46,049 bases of DNA, from assembly GCA_029821455.1 (NCBI GenBank), contig JALGTI010000007.1:1-46049 (forward strand), in the 5' to 3' direction. A program made the position numbers and the translations under genes. This document shows, piece after piece, positions 27,486 to 37,541 of the stretch. The notes beneath the pieces are model-generated. The model did no database searches, was not told the origin of the DNA, and worked only from the letters and a program-made list of their open reading frames with translations. This DNA is from Candidatus Zipacnadia bacterium. GTDB taxonomy: Bacteria; Armatimonadota; Zipacnadia; Zipacnadales; Zipacnadaceae. How positions within the stretch are numbered: position 1 is the first letter of the stretch; every line of letters starts with the position of its first letter.

Positions 27486-28416
27486 CGTGGTTGTCCTCCT
27501 TCAATACTGGGAGTGTTTCGACTGCGTTCCGCTTCGAGCGAGTGTCGGAATGCACGTATTGGCTTGTGATCGATATGTCGCCGTGGCCCATCAAGTCCCT
27601 CACGGTCGCGAGATCGTTGCCAGCCCTTAGCAGCATCGTGGCATAGGCGTGTCGCATACTGTGCAACGTGAAACCCTCGGCCTGGAGACCAGCGCGGCGC
27701 ACCAGTCGGCTGAACAACCGCCTGAGCGAGGTCGCACCAAGCCGGTTGCCAGCGCGGTTCAGAAGCAAAGGGCCGGGGTCGTAGCCACGGACTGCTAGGT
27801 ACTCGCCTAGCACCTCCTGGGTGCGACGCGGCAACGGCATCGTCCGCGGCCGATTGCGTTTGCCAACTACGCGCAGTTCGGTGCCGTCGGACCGGAGATC
27901 GTCGAGATCGAGACGGATGGCCTCGCACCTGCGAATGCCTGCCGTCGCCAGCAGCCACACCACGGCATTTTCGAGAGGGGTGTTTGCCGCCGCCAAGAGC
28001 TTCTGGACTTCCTCGGGGATGGGAAACTTGGGCACACGGCGCTCACGACGAGGAAGCGGGAGGCCGCGAGCGGGGTTCCGCTCGAGCACGCCGACCTCCA
28101 CCAGGAACTCAAGCCAGCTGCTCAATGAATGGAGCTTGCGGCGGATCGAGTTGCCGGCGAGCCCGTGCAAGCTTGTCATGTAGCGGAAAAGCAGTTGCCG
28201 CGTGAAACTTGCGGGCGCCATGTGAACCTGGTTGCCGACACACCACGCCACGAACTGGCGAATGTCGGCACCATAAGCTTTCAGCGTCAATGTCGAAGCT
28301 CCGCGCAGGCTCAGCATGTGCGTGAGGAATTCGTTGACACTGCTGGCCGGGTCAAATGAGTCTCCTGCGGACTGTGTGACGGGCCCGCTCTTCGCTGATT
28401 CTTCATCTGGTTTCAT
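27478..28416 (-). CDS. Tyrosine recombinase / phage-type integrase (XerC/D-like)
   Basis: SAM-like N-terminal domain (LTLKAYGADIRQFVAW). The catalytic region contains AGIRRCEAIRL, HSMRHAYATMLLRAG and LMGHGDISITSQYVH. The start is uncertain (ATG 28416 preferred, 28521 possible). Confidence 0.9.
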   Translation of the reverse strand: MKPDEESAKSGPVTQSAGDSFDPASSVNEFLTHMLSLRGASTLTLKAYGADIRQFVAWCVGNQVHMAPASFTRQLLFRYMTSLHGLAGNSIRRKLHSLSSWLEFLVEVGVLERNPARGLPLPRRERRVPKFPIPEEVQKLLAAANTPLENAVVWLLATAGIRRCEAIRLDLDDLRSDGTELRVVGKRNRPRTMPLPRRTQEVLGEYLAVRGYDPGPLLLNRAGNRLGATSLRRLFSRLVRRAGLQAEGFTLHSMRHAYATMLLRAGNDLATVRDLMGHGDISITSQYVHSDTRSKRNAVETLPVLKEDNHDE

Positions 28417-28533
28417 GGTCAAATGTCCCCTTTTGTGGAAGATGCGGTATGCAGTGTTGGGAGATTTTAATGAACCCTTTGGGGGACTATATGCTTGACG
28501 TGCGCATAAGTAAGATGGCATGATGGCTAGGGT

Positions 28534-29778
28534 GTGTCCCTATTTATGGGGCAGAACCGAAGCGGGGTGAAATCAGTGGAAGATCATGCGCTGTTAAACG
28601 CGGTCACGGTGCGCTACATTAGAGAAGCACTTGAATCGCCGAGTGCAGGGCCATTCGGTGAGTTCAAAGGCCATCCACTTCTACTGCGTCGACACGAATA
28701 CGATAACGTCCTGGTGGACTACTCGGTTTTGTACATCCGCATGCCTTTGTCCGGCGAGGACTTGCCGCGGACAGAAGTGGGCGAGATGTTGCAGCCACTG
28801 GCCGAGCTATGCCAATCACGCAAAGCCGACGGAGAAACCTTGCCTGATGAGACATGGGTGTACGAGTGGTACTATCTTGAACTACTGGACAGGGATGAGC
28901 GCGTAGAGCCGATTTGCTGGATCAGGCCTGAGTTGCTGTACAAGGAGTTCCCCGACGACCGGGCACCAACCGTGCACACAGTGGGGCGCCGCGAACTGGT
29001 TTATCCAGCGCCATATAGCCACCAACTGGCCACCATGGACGCGGTCGCTAGAAGAGCAAGTTATTCCATCGCAGATCCTAAGGACACAGAGCAATGGCGC
29101 CATTGGTTGGTGGGGACGTGGCGAGAGCAGGAAAGGCACTGGATTGAGGAGGGCCTACTCATCCACGAGCAAGTGAAGCCGTGGACAAGGCTGCTGGCCT
29201 TCGATGCCACGTCTGTGGTCCGGGACGAACAAGCTGCATCCGGCTTAGACGACGGGGCCCCCGGAACGCTATTGGAGAGGATGATAGCTGACGCAGGCTA
29301 CCCAGGGCTCTACTGGACGCACATACCTGTCTACGACAGACGAAGACTGGGCAGCATTTGGGATGCTATGAAACATGAGATGTTTGTCACATCTGTCTTC
29401 AACTTGGCAGCCGGGCCGGCTCAGCAGCCCGCGCTTTGGGAGCGTCTCGAAGATCGCTTCGTCGTGCCCTTCCAGCGAATGTCCAGATACGATTACCTCG
29501 TTCGCCTGAGAGAGCAGAAGGTGCTGGAATGGTCGCGAGCGGGGAAAACAATCGCTGAAATGGCTGACCTGCTCATCGATGATAAGTTGTACACACTGGA
29601 TGAAGACGCCGCTGATACCATCAGCCGGCTTCCCCAGATGCTGAGAAGTGACATGTATCATGACAACGCCGAGCGACAGGTGCGGCGTATCCGCAGACGC
29701 CTCTGCGAGGACGGCCTCATCGAGAAACGGAAACCAGGCAGACCACGAAAGAGAAGCAACGACGAACACCCGGAATAG
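28534..29778 (+). CDS. Hypothetical protein with C-terminal HTH-like segment and AT-hook tail
   Basis: A 414-aa unbroken ORF, divergent from the integrase. EWSRAGKTIAEMADLL is HTH-like, and the tail KRKPGRPRKRS is an AT-hook-type GRP motif. The start is GTG 28534 or ATG 28546. I recognise no family. Confidence 0.65.
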   Translation: MSLFMGQNRSGVKSVEDHALLNAVTVRYIREALESPSAGPFGEFKGHPLLLRRHEYDNVLVDYSVLYIRMPLSGEDLPRTEVGEMLQPLAELCQSRKADGETLPDETWVYEWYYLELLDRDERVEPICWIRPELLYKEFPDDRAPTVHTVGRRELVYPAPYSHQLATMDAVARRASYSIADPKDTEQWRHWLVGTWREQERHWIEEGLLIHEQVKPWTRLLAFDATSVVRDEQAASGLDDGAPGTLLERMIADAGYPGLYWTHIPVYDRRRLGSIWDAMKHEMFVTSVFNLAAGPAQQPALWERLEDRFVVPFQRMSRYDYLVRLREQKVLEWSRAGKTIAEMADLLIDDKLYTLDEDAADTISRLPQMLRSDMYHDNAERQVRRIRRRLCEDGLIEKRKPGRPRKRSNDEHPE

Positions 29779-30034
29779 GACGTGTCCTCGAGCGAGAAGA
29801 AAGCGACGGTCAGCACTTGAGCTGGGAGAAAGGCACTTGGTGTTGGTGTCTGAAGCGCGCACCAACCGGGGCAGGCGGATACGTGTGTGCTACCAAACAA
29901 TAGACGCCTCGTAGATGGGCTCGCCATTGGCAATGGGCCACTTGAAGCGCACTGCGGCGTTCAGGAAAGATGGATCCATGCCGTAAAGAGAAGGATATCC
30001 CGGTAGAAGAGCGAATGAATAGCTGAGGCGCGGT

Positions 30035-30070
30035 AGGAGGCGGGAGACGAGGTTTCGCCTCCTTTATTCT
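30035..30070 (+). terminator. Possible intrinsic terminator hairpin upstream of the defence operon
   Basis: aggaggcg (30035-30042) pairs with cgcctcct (30056-30063) across a 13-nt loop, followed by ttattct. The tail is only modestly U-rich. Confidence 0.35.
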
Positions 30071-30133
30071 ACTGTGTCGTTGCAGTTCTCGCATCAGCGA
30101 TCCGCTTCACAAATCCTCGGCGGAGGACAGTCC

Positions 30134-33100
30134 ATGCAGATACCTGAACAGGGCCAACTTGTGCAGGTGCGACATCGCCACTTCATAGTGGAGGACGTTG
30201 CGCAGCACAAGGATGCCGGCTCTGCAACGCATCTTGTGGCGCTAGAGTGTCTGGATGATGATGCTCTGGGCAACAAGCTACAGGTTATCTGGGAGCGCGA
30301 ACTGAACACACGGGTCCTTGACACCAGTTCTCTACCTGTGCCCAAGGCGTGGGACCCGTCAGATCGCTTTGCTGCTTTCCTACATGCAATCCGGTGGTCC
30401 ACAAGCTCTCTAGTCGAGGGGGCACCCCTGCAGTCGGCATTTCGCGGCGCCATTGAACTTGATGAATACCAGTTGGTTCCCGTCATCCGCGCCCTGAGAA
30501 TGAACCGCGTGAGCCTGCTTCTGGCCGACGATGTCGGCCTCGGCAAGACCATTGAAGCAGCGCTCGTCATGCTGGAGTTGATGGCACGCCAGCGAGTGCG
30601 CCGGGTGATGATCGTCTGTCCGGCTTCCCTGCAGCGTCAGTGGCAGGAGGAAATGCAGACTAAGTTCCATCTGCCTTTCCACATACTTGATGCCAATGCC
30701 ATCCAAATGCTGCGTCGGGAGTTCGGCGTACACGTCAATCCATGGAACAGTTTTCCGCGTCTGATTACTTCCATGGATTTCCTCAAGCAGCAGAACCATC
30801 TGCAGACATTCATGTCATCGCTTTCGCGGCACAGGGCTGCAAGTGTGCTGCGTGACTGGGACTTGCTCATTGTTGACGAGGTCCACAACTGTACACCAGC
30901 CGGGCGCACCGGCGCCCGTGACTCGGATCGGTCACGCATGCTGCGGGACATCTCACCTCACTTCGAGCACAAGCTGTTCCTGACTGCCACACCGCATAAT
31001 GGCTACACCGAAAGCTTCACGGCTTTGCTCGAAATGCTGGATCCCCTCCGTTTCAGCCGCGGGCAGACGGTAAACCAGGACGCCCTGAAGCTAGTGCGCG
31101 TTCGGCGGCTCAAAGACGACATTACCGACAGCCTCGGACGCCGGAGATTCGCGCAACGCCACGTGGACGGGATCTCGGTCAGGCTCTCACCTGTCGAGGA
31201 GCAGATGTGCCAAGACCTCGACGCCTACTGCGAATCGCGCTTGTCCCGTGCCACACGCGATGATCAATTCGCCATACAGTTTGCCCTGACGATGTTGAAG
31301 AAACGCTTCCTCTCGTCACCGGAGGCTTTCTGGCTTTCACTGCAAACCCACACGAAAAGCGCCCAGGCTGATGATCGTGCTCCCGACCCCGAACTGACAA
31401 AACGCCTGTCCGAGCGCTCACAGGAAGATTGGGACGATGACGACGAGAAGGCCAGGATCGAGGAGGTCGCGTTGGAAGAGGCGTCCCAATTCTTCGCAGG
31501 TCTGACGCCCGATGAACGCAGCATGCTTGACCGGCTGATGCGATCTGCCGCAGAAGTGCGCGAGGGCGCGGACACCAAGGCGACATGTCTCATCAACTGG
31601 ATCCAAGAGCATCTGCAAGCCGATGGGGAATGGAACAACGAACGCCTCATCGTCTTTACTGAGTACCGTGATACACTGCGGCATCTGTATGACCTGTTCT
31701 CTGACGCAGGCTGGCAGGATCATGTCATGACTCTCACAGGGGGCATGCCGCAGCAAGAGCGAGAGCGGGTGAAGAGTGCTTTCCAGGCCGCACCGTCAAG
31801 TGATAGTCCGGTGCGCATTCTGCTGGGTACGGATGCCGCATCCGAGGGCCTTAACCTCCAGAACCACTGCCGTTATGTCATTCACCATGAGATTCCCTGG
31901 AACCCGAATCGGATGGAGCAGCGCAACGGACGCATTGACCGCCACGGGCAGAAAGCGCCGGACGTGTACTGCTCGCATTTCCACTATGAGAACAACGCCG
32001 ACCAGCGGTTCCTGGAAATCGTTGTTGAAAAGGTACGTACGCAGCGGGCCGACCTGGGGGCCGTCGGTGACATAATATCCGCGCAGGTTGAGGAAGCGAT
32101 TCTCGGTCTCCGAGACGAGATAGATGATCGCTACGAAGAGGTCCAACGACAAAGGTCCGACCTCCGTGCCGACAGTTGGGACGCCGACGACGCCAGGCAG
32201 ACGAAGGAACAACTGGTTGCTGCGCGCCGGGAGATGAACCTTTATCCGCAGACCATGGCTCAACTTCTCAGTCAAGCCCTTGCGCTCGCAGGCCGTCACG
32301 GTCTGGAGCAGCTCCAGGACGGCGAGCTGGTAGGAGTGGCATGGGATTTGCGAGAATTGCCGGCATCCTGGGCCGACTGTCGCCCGTCTCTGTACGATGA
32401 AAAGGGCGCCCGTTTGCGGCTCGTCTTCGACCCTGACGTTGCGAAGGACCGCACTGACGTCGCTCTGATCCACCTCGGCCATCCGCTCATGAAGCGTGCT
32501 ATTGCGACATTCAGGCACTTCTTGTGGGAGCAGATGCAGAGCACGGGGCCCACAGTACATCGCTGCAGCTATAGAGTGCTCCCGCACGCCGAATTGCACC
32601 GCCCGGCAATTGTCGTATTCGCCCGCACTGTAGCCATATCCAACTCCGGCGAGAAGATCCACGAGGCCTTGCTGCATGTTGGCGGTTGGATTGACGGCCA
32701 GCAGATTAAGCCCATTGATGCCAACTTGCTCGACCAGTCCATCAATGCAGAGTACTCCTATCCCTCGATCCCCGCGTCGCTTGGCGATGAGTTGCGCAAC
32801 CTCTTCCCTCATCACAGGAAGAAGCTGGAGGAGATGCTCAGTGAGATAGAGGAGACCGAGACTGGCCGCCTCGCAGAAATCCTGAAGCAGAAGGCAGACG
32901 CAGAGGTTGCCAACGTGCGCGACCTGATAGATGAGCGCATACGCGAGATCCAAGAGCGTCTCAAGCAAGCCGAGAAACGTCGCGAAGAAGCGCAGATGCG
33001 GCTCTTTGATCCCGATGTGGTCGAAGAGCACGAGCAGAGCATTCGCTGGTACAATCAGCGGCTGGACCAACTTGAGACTGATCGCAGGGAACGTCCAGCG

Positions 33101-33202
33101 GCGGTCCGCGAGCAATTCAGTCTCAAGCAGCTCCGCGTTTTCCCCATCGGCATGTTGTACCTGCTGCCCGATTCGCTGGTGGCCGAGAGGGGTGAGCAAT
33201 GA
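30134..33202 (+). CDS. drmD: SNF2-family helicase, DISARM DrmD-like
   Basis: ATG at 30134, 6 nt after ggagga. Motifs seen: LLADDVGLGKT, LLIVDEVHN, LFLTATPHNG, and LLGTDAASEGLNLQ...WNPNRMEQRNGRIDRHGQ. There is a long C-terminal coiled-coil extension. Its stop overlaps the next start (ATGA). Confidence 0.9.
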   Translation: MQIPEQGQLVQVRHRHFIVEDVAQHKDAGSATHLVALECLDDDALGNKLQVIWERELNTRVLDTSSLPVPKAWDPSDRFAAFLHAIRWSTSSLVEGAPLQSAFRGAIELDEYQLVPVIRALRMNRVSLLLADDVGLGKTIEAALVMLELMARQRVRRVMIVCPASLQRQWQEEMQTKFHLPFHILDANAIQMLRREFGVHVNPWNSFPRLITSMDFLKQQNHLQTFMSSLSRHRAASVLRDWDLLIVDEVHNCTPAGRTGARDSDRSRMLRDISPHFEHKLFLTATPHNGYTESFTALLEMLDPLRFSRGQTVNQDALKLVRVRRLKDDITDSLGRRRFAQRHVDGISVRLSPVEEQMCQDLDAYCESRLSRATRDDQFAIQFALTMLKKRFLSSPEAFWLSLQTHTKSAQADDRAPDPELTKRLSERSQEDWDDDDEKARIEEVALEEASQFFAGLTPDERSMLDRLMRSAAEVREGADTKATCLINWIQEHLQADGEWNNERLIVFTEYRDTLRHLYDLFSDAGWQDHVMTLTGGMPQQERERVKSAFQAAPSSDSPVRILLGTDAASEGLNLQNHCRYVIHHEIPWNPNRMEQRNGRIDRHGQKAPDVYCSHFHYENNADQRFLEIVVEKVRTQRADLGAVGDIISAQVEEAILGLRDEIDDRYEEVQRQRSDLRADSWDADDARQTKEQLVAARREMNLYPQTMAQLLSQALALAGRHGLEQLQDGELVGVAWDLRELPASWADCRPSLYDEKGARLRLVFDPDVAKDRTDVALIHLGHPLMKRAIATFRHFLWEQMQSTGPTVHRCSYRVLPHAELHRPAIVVFARTVAISNSGEKIHEALLHVGGWIDGQQIKPIDANLLDQSINAEYSYPSIPASLGDELRNLFPHHRKKLEEMLSEIEETETGRLAEILKQKADAEVANVRDLIDERIREIQERLKQAEKRREEAQMRLFDPDVVEEHEQSIRWYNQRLDQLETDRRERPAAVREQFSLKQLRVFPIGMLYLLPDSLVAERGEQ

Positions 33203-36200
33203 TGCGCCGCGAACCGACAGCCGGCAACCACGACTGGCTCTCGCTCGTCCGGACTTCCGGGCTGGTCGTGTCACTTCCCGTGCTCAACGCAGCGTTGCCT
33301 GAGGGGCCGGAGCCGGTTGACGATCGCATGCAGCGCAAGTTCGACCGTGCATGGCAGCGTTTCAACGTCGGACTGGAGCGACAGCGGTCTGACGCCCAGT
33401 CACGGTGGCTTGATTTCATCCTCGACGAGCTGCTGGGCCTGCAAGGCCGTTGGATCAGGCAGCATGATGTCCCCGAAAGCGCCACGCACATGCTCATCGA
33501 TTACCAGCAGGTGCTTCGGCCTCAGCGTATGCTTGTGGACGATAACGGCGACGCCCTACTCCTCGTAAGCATAGTGCCGCCGCACCAGAAGCTTGATGCC
33601 AAGGAGACCCACACCGGCACCTGGCGCGCCAGCCCGTTCCACAAGCTCGACCGCCTCCTGGGCGAGACGGGCGTCCGGTTCGGACTGCTCACCAATGGCC
33701 ACGAGTTCCGGCTGGTGCTCGCGCCTCCCGGACTGGGCGCCGCATACATCTCCTGGCAGGCCAGGGACTGGGCAGACGAAAAGATCCAGCTCGATAGCTT
33801 CCATGCGCTCCTCCATGCTGAGCGCTTCTACGGCGATGAAAAGAAGCGCCTGCAGAAGTTGGTCGAGGACAGCCAGGATAAGCAACTCGAACTCACCGAC
33901 CAGCTCGGCGACCAGGTCCGCCAGGCGCTCGAAGTCTTCCTCCGCGCAGTGGATCACTATGACCGCGAGCACGGCGGCGAAATCCTGCGCGGGATGGAGC
34001 ACCAGAACGCCTACGAGATGTGCCTTTTCACAATGATGCGCCTCGTCTTCATGCTGTACGCCGAAGAGAACTACCTGCTTCCCCACGGCGAGGTGCTATA
34101 TGACCAGGCCTACGGCGTGACACACCTGTGGAAGCAACTGTCCGACCAGCGCCGCGAAGCGCCAGAGGCCTTGGCGCACACCTTCGACGCCTATCCGCAG
34201 TTGCTTGCCACCTTTCGGCTCATACACCAGGGCTGCATCCATCCCGATCTCAACCTGCTCCCCTACGGCGGACATCTCTTCAACCCGGAGCGCTTTCCCG
34301 CTCTCGAGGACTCCCGCCTGCTCATTAACAACCAGGTGATGTATCTCGTGCTTCAGAAGCTGCTGTTCGCCCAGGCGCGCACTGCCGGCCGCACCGAGAT
34401 GCACCGGCTCAGCTACAGCGCACTCGACATCGAGCAGATCGGCACCGTCTATGAGGGCCTCCTCGGCTACACGGTCAGGCGCATTCCTGCCGACGAGACG
34501 AGCGTCGTTTTCCAGGGCAAGCACGACTCCATGCGGCCGCTTGATGAATTGGAAAGCCAGACGCCGGATGATCTGCCCGACTACATCCGCCAGCAGACCG
34601 GCTGGACGGAGAAGCAAGCTGAGAAGGCGCTGGAGCGGCTCGAACAGGAATCATCTGAGGTGCCGCCTCCGCCGCCCGGCATTGACAGCGATCTCTACCA
34701 GCGGCTGCTGAAGTTCCGCAGCTTCCTGAAGCTGGACGAGACCATCCCCGGTGGGCATCTGTATGTAGCTCACGAGTCCGGTCTGCGCAAGGGCCAGGGC
34801 GTCTATTACACGCCCAAGTGGATTACCTCCTGCATCGTCGAGCGCACACTGGAGCCGCTGGTGTATCAGCCAAGCGAGGGAACGCAGGGCGATCTCAAGT
34901 CCCCACGCGAGATCCTTGACCTCAAGGTCTGCGATCCCGCCATGGGCTCAGGCGCCTTCCTGGTGCAGGCCTGCCGCTACCTGGCCGACAAGCTCGTGGA
35001 AAGCTGGGATCGCCTAGCTGCAGAAAACCCGGAAAGCAAAGTCACGCTGCCCTACGGGGAACTCTCGCAGGACGAACCTGGCGAAATCATCTTGCCGGAG
35101 CACCATGAGGAAGCCGTCGTCTGGGCCCGCCGCTTCGTCGCCGAGCACTGCCTCTATGGTGTGGACATCAACCCCCTGGCCGTCGAGCTTGCCAAAATGT
35201 CGCTGTGGCTCATCACCCTTGCTAAGGACAGGCCCTTTGAGTTCCTCGACCACAAGCTGCGGCCCGGCGATTCGCTCATCGGGTGCCGAGGGGACGAACT
35301 TGGTGACTACCCCGTCAAGGCGTGGGGTAGAAAGGTCGAGGGGGACAAGCAAACTCAGGACGCCATCAAAGAACTCGCCAAAGTTGCCCGGCAGCAGGCC
35401 AAACGGCGGCGCAGTGAACGAGACACGGGAGTGCTTACACTCCTCGATGAAAAGCTGCAGCAGAAGCTGGCTGAGACCGCCGAAGAGCTGAGACGGATCG
35501 AGGATATGGACACCCTCGACCCCGGGGCCAAGGAAGCGGCATTCATCCGGCTTATCGAAGAAGATGAGGACTGGCAGCACTTGAAGCAAGCGTTCGATGC
35601 CTGGTGTGCGCTGTGGTTCTGGCCCGTGGGCGGCGAAACGCAGGCCGAAGACGTGCCCATGCCCCGCGACTATCCGGAGCTCCTCGAATACCTCCTAGGC
35701 GAAGACAGCGGCATGAGGACACTGCCCGAAGAACGCCTCGCGCGCTGGGCCGACCAGATCGAGACGCTCTGGAGAAAGCACCACTTCTTCCACTGGGAAC
35801 TTGAATTCCCAGACGCCTGCGCCGGCGAGGACCCCGGCTTCGATGCCATGGTCATGAACCCGCCGTGGGAGCGGATCAAGCTGCAGGAGAATGAGTTCTT
35901 CGCCGTCCGTGACCCCGACATAGCAGGGGCACCCAACGCGGCGGCACGCAAGAAGCTCATCGCTGCTCTTCCGGACACAAAGCCGTGGCTGCATGACGCA
36001 CATCTGGACGCCAAGGGTAGGGCCGACTTCACCAGCCATTTCATCAGGGAATCCGGCCACTTCCCGCTCAGCGCGGTCGGAGACATCAACACATACCCCA
36101 TATTCGCCGAACACGCCCGCAGCAGCATCAATACGCTAGGCGGCGTCGGCATGGTGATCCCCAGCGGCATCGCCACCGACTACTACACACAGGACTTCTT

Positions 36201-37527
36201 TGCCGACCTGATGGAAACCGGCACGCTCAGGGCCCTGTACGACTTTGAAAACCGGGAGCGCGCCTTCCCTGACCTTGACGCACGAACGAAGTTCACACTC
36301 CTGTTTCTGGCTCACGGGGCACCAGTGACGGATTTTGCCTTTTTCTTGACACGTCGACAGGACCTCGGAGACGAAGCGAGGCATGTGGCCCTTAGCGATG
36401 AAGACATCGCTCTCCTCAACCCAAACACGCGAACCTGCCCGATCTTCCGCAGCAAACGCGACGCACAACTGACCAAGCGGATCTACCGCCGTCACCCCGT
36501 GCTCATCCGCGAAATCTACGACGACGATGGCAACAAGGTCGGCGAGGAGAACCCCTGGGGTATCACGTTCGCCACCATGTTCCACATGACCAACGATTCG
36601 GATCTCTTCCGCCCGCGCGAGGAGCTGGAGTCCGACGGCTTCACCCTCCGCCAACCCGGCAACCACTTCGTCAAAGGCGAGGACGTGTGGCTGCCCCTCT
36701 ATGAGGGACGAATGCTCTGGCTCTTCGATCACAGGTACGTCTCCATGCAGGTAGCGGACGGCAGGACCTACCGTACAGCCGATTCGGCCCCGACGCGCCA
36801 AGCAGAGCACTGTAGCTCCTGCCATTCAGCGCTTCCTCGGTACTGGGTAGCTGAGGCCGAGTATCGTGCCGCGTTGCCCAGTATCGACGTACGGCCGTGG
36901 CATTTTGCGTTCAGGGATGTCACGAACCCTGTTACGGAACGCACTGTAGTAGGTGCGGTTATCCCCGCGATGCCAGCAGGAAACAAAGCTCCCTTCATCC
37001 TCTTCGGCGTTCGTCCCAGAATCGCGACGCTCCTCGTGGCGAACATCCTTTCGTTTCCGTTCGACTACTGCGCACGGCAGAAGTTGAGCTACTTGGGCCT
37101 CAACTTCTTCATCATGAAGCAGTTACCCGTGCTGCGACCGGACGAGTATGACCATGACCACCTGGACCACATAGCCGACCGCGTCCTGGAACTCACCTAC
37201 ACCGCGTGGGACATCAAGGCCTTCGCGGGGGACCTGGGCTATGACGGGCCGCCGTTTGTCTGGGATGAGGAGCGCCGCGCCCAACTCCGTGCCCAGCTTG
37301 ACGCGCTCTATTTCCACCTGTATGGTATTGAAAGAGACGATGTGGACCACATCATGGAGACCTTCCCGATAGTCAAGCGCAAGGACATCGCGGCCCACGG
37401 CCATTACCACACCAAAGACCTGATCCTGAGCTACTACGACGACCAGGCCGCCGGCGACTTCACCACCTGGCACGGCCCGGAGGAACTCAAAGAGCCAATG
37501 ATTCACCCGGACGACAGCAGGCCATAA
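33199..37527 (+). CDS. drmMI: Very large (1442 aa) gamma-class N6-adenine DNA methyltransferase, Eco57I/PglX-like, DISARM DrmMI-like
   Basis: Motifs seen: GVYYTPKWI, motif I DPAMGSGAFL (nt 34933 on), HCLYGVDINPLAVELAKMSLWL, and motif IV NPPW (35857-35868). There are long unassigned N- and C-terminal regions, and I saw no nuclease motif. Confidence 0.9.
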   Translation: MMRREPTAGNHDWLSLVRTSGLVVSLPVLNAALPEGPEPVDDRMQRKFDRAWQRFNVGLERQRSDAQSRWLDFILDELLGLQGRWIRQHDVPESATHMLIDYQQVLRPQRMLVDDNGDALLLVSIVPPHQKLDAKETHTGTWRASPFHKLDRLLGETGVRFGLLTNGHEFRLVLAPPGLGAAYISWQARDWADEKIQLDSFHALLHAERFYGDEKKRLQKLVEDSQDKQLELTDQLGDQVRQALEVFLRAVDHYDREHGGEILRGMEHQNAYEMCLFTMMRLVFMLYAEENYLLPHGEVLYDQAYGVTHLWKQLSDQRREAPEALAHTFDAYPQLLATFRLIHQGCIHPDLNLLPYGGHLFNPERFPALEDSRLLINNQVMYLVLQKLLFAQARTAGRTEMHRLSYSALDIEQIGTVYEGLLGYTVRRIPADETSVVFQGKHDSMRPLDELESQTPDDLPDYIRQQTGWTEKQAEKALERLEQESSEVPPPPPGIDSDLYQRLLKFRSFLKLDETIPGGHLYVAHESGLRKGQGVYYTPKWITSCIVERTLEPLVYQPSEGTQGDLKSPREILDLKVCDPAMGSGAFLVQACRYLADKLVESWDRLAAENPESKVTLPYGELSQDEPGEIILPEHHEEAVVWARRFVAEHCLYGVDINPLAVELAKMSLWLITLAKDRPFEFLDHKLRPGDSLIGCRGDELGDYPVKAWGRKVEGDKQTQDAIKELAKVARQQAKRRRSERDTGVLTLLDEKLQQKLAETAEELRRIEDMDTLDPGAKEAAFIRLIEEDEDWQHLKQAFDAWCALWFWPVGGETQAEDVPMPRDYPELLEYLLGEDSGMRTLPEERLARWADQIETLWRKHHFFHWELEFPDACAGEDPGFDAMVMNPPWERIKLQENEFFAVRDPDIAGAPNAAARKKLIAALPDTKPWLHDAHLDAKGRADFTSHFIRESGHFPLSAVGDINTYPIFAEHARSSINTLGGVGMVIPSGIATDYYTQDFFADLMETGTLRALYDFENRERAFPDLDARTKFTLLFLAHGAPVTDFAFFLTRRQDLGDEARHVALSDEDIALLNPNTRTCPIFRSKRDAQLTKRIYRRHPVLIREIYDDDGNKVGEENPWGITFATMFHMTNDSDLFRPREELESDGFTLRQPGNHFVKGEDVWLPLYEGRMLWLFDHRYVSMQVADGRTYRTADSAPTRQAEHCSSCHSALPRYWVAEAEYRAALPSIDVRPWHFAFRDVTNPVTERTVVGAVIPAMPAGNKAPFILFGVRPRIATLLVANILSFPFDYCARQKLSYLGLNFFIMKQLPVLRPDEYDHDHLDHIADRVLELTYTAWDIKAFAGDLGYDGPPFVWDEERRAQLRAQLDALYFHLYGIERDDVDHIMETFPIVKRKDIAAHGHYHTKDLILSYYDDQAAGDFTTWHGPEELKEPMIHPDDSRP

Positions 37528-37541
37528 GGGGGAAAGGGCAC

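Noticed and set aside
31796-33274. Long ORFs antisense to, or out of frame with, the genes called above. Examples: 31796..33274 -, 20130..21449 -, 11814..12848 -, 1933..2742 +, 6526..7182 -, 23744..24322 -.
   Set aside because: Their translations are low-complexity and Arg/Pro/Gly/Ala-rich, with no motifs. They overlap ORFs that have clear family signatures. They are the shadow ORFs expected in GC-rich DNA.
33199-37527. Reading the large methyltransferase as BREX PglX.
   Set aside because: No PglZ, BrxC/PglY, BrxA/B or BrxL-like genes are in the window. The flanking genes are helicases of the DISARM type.
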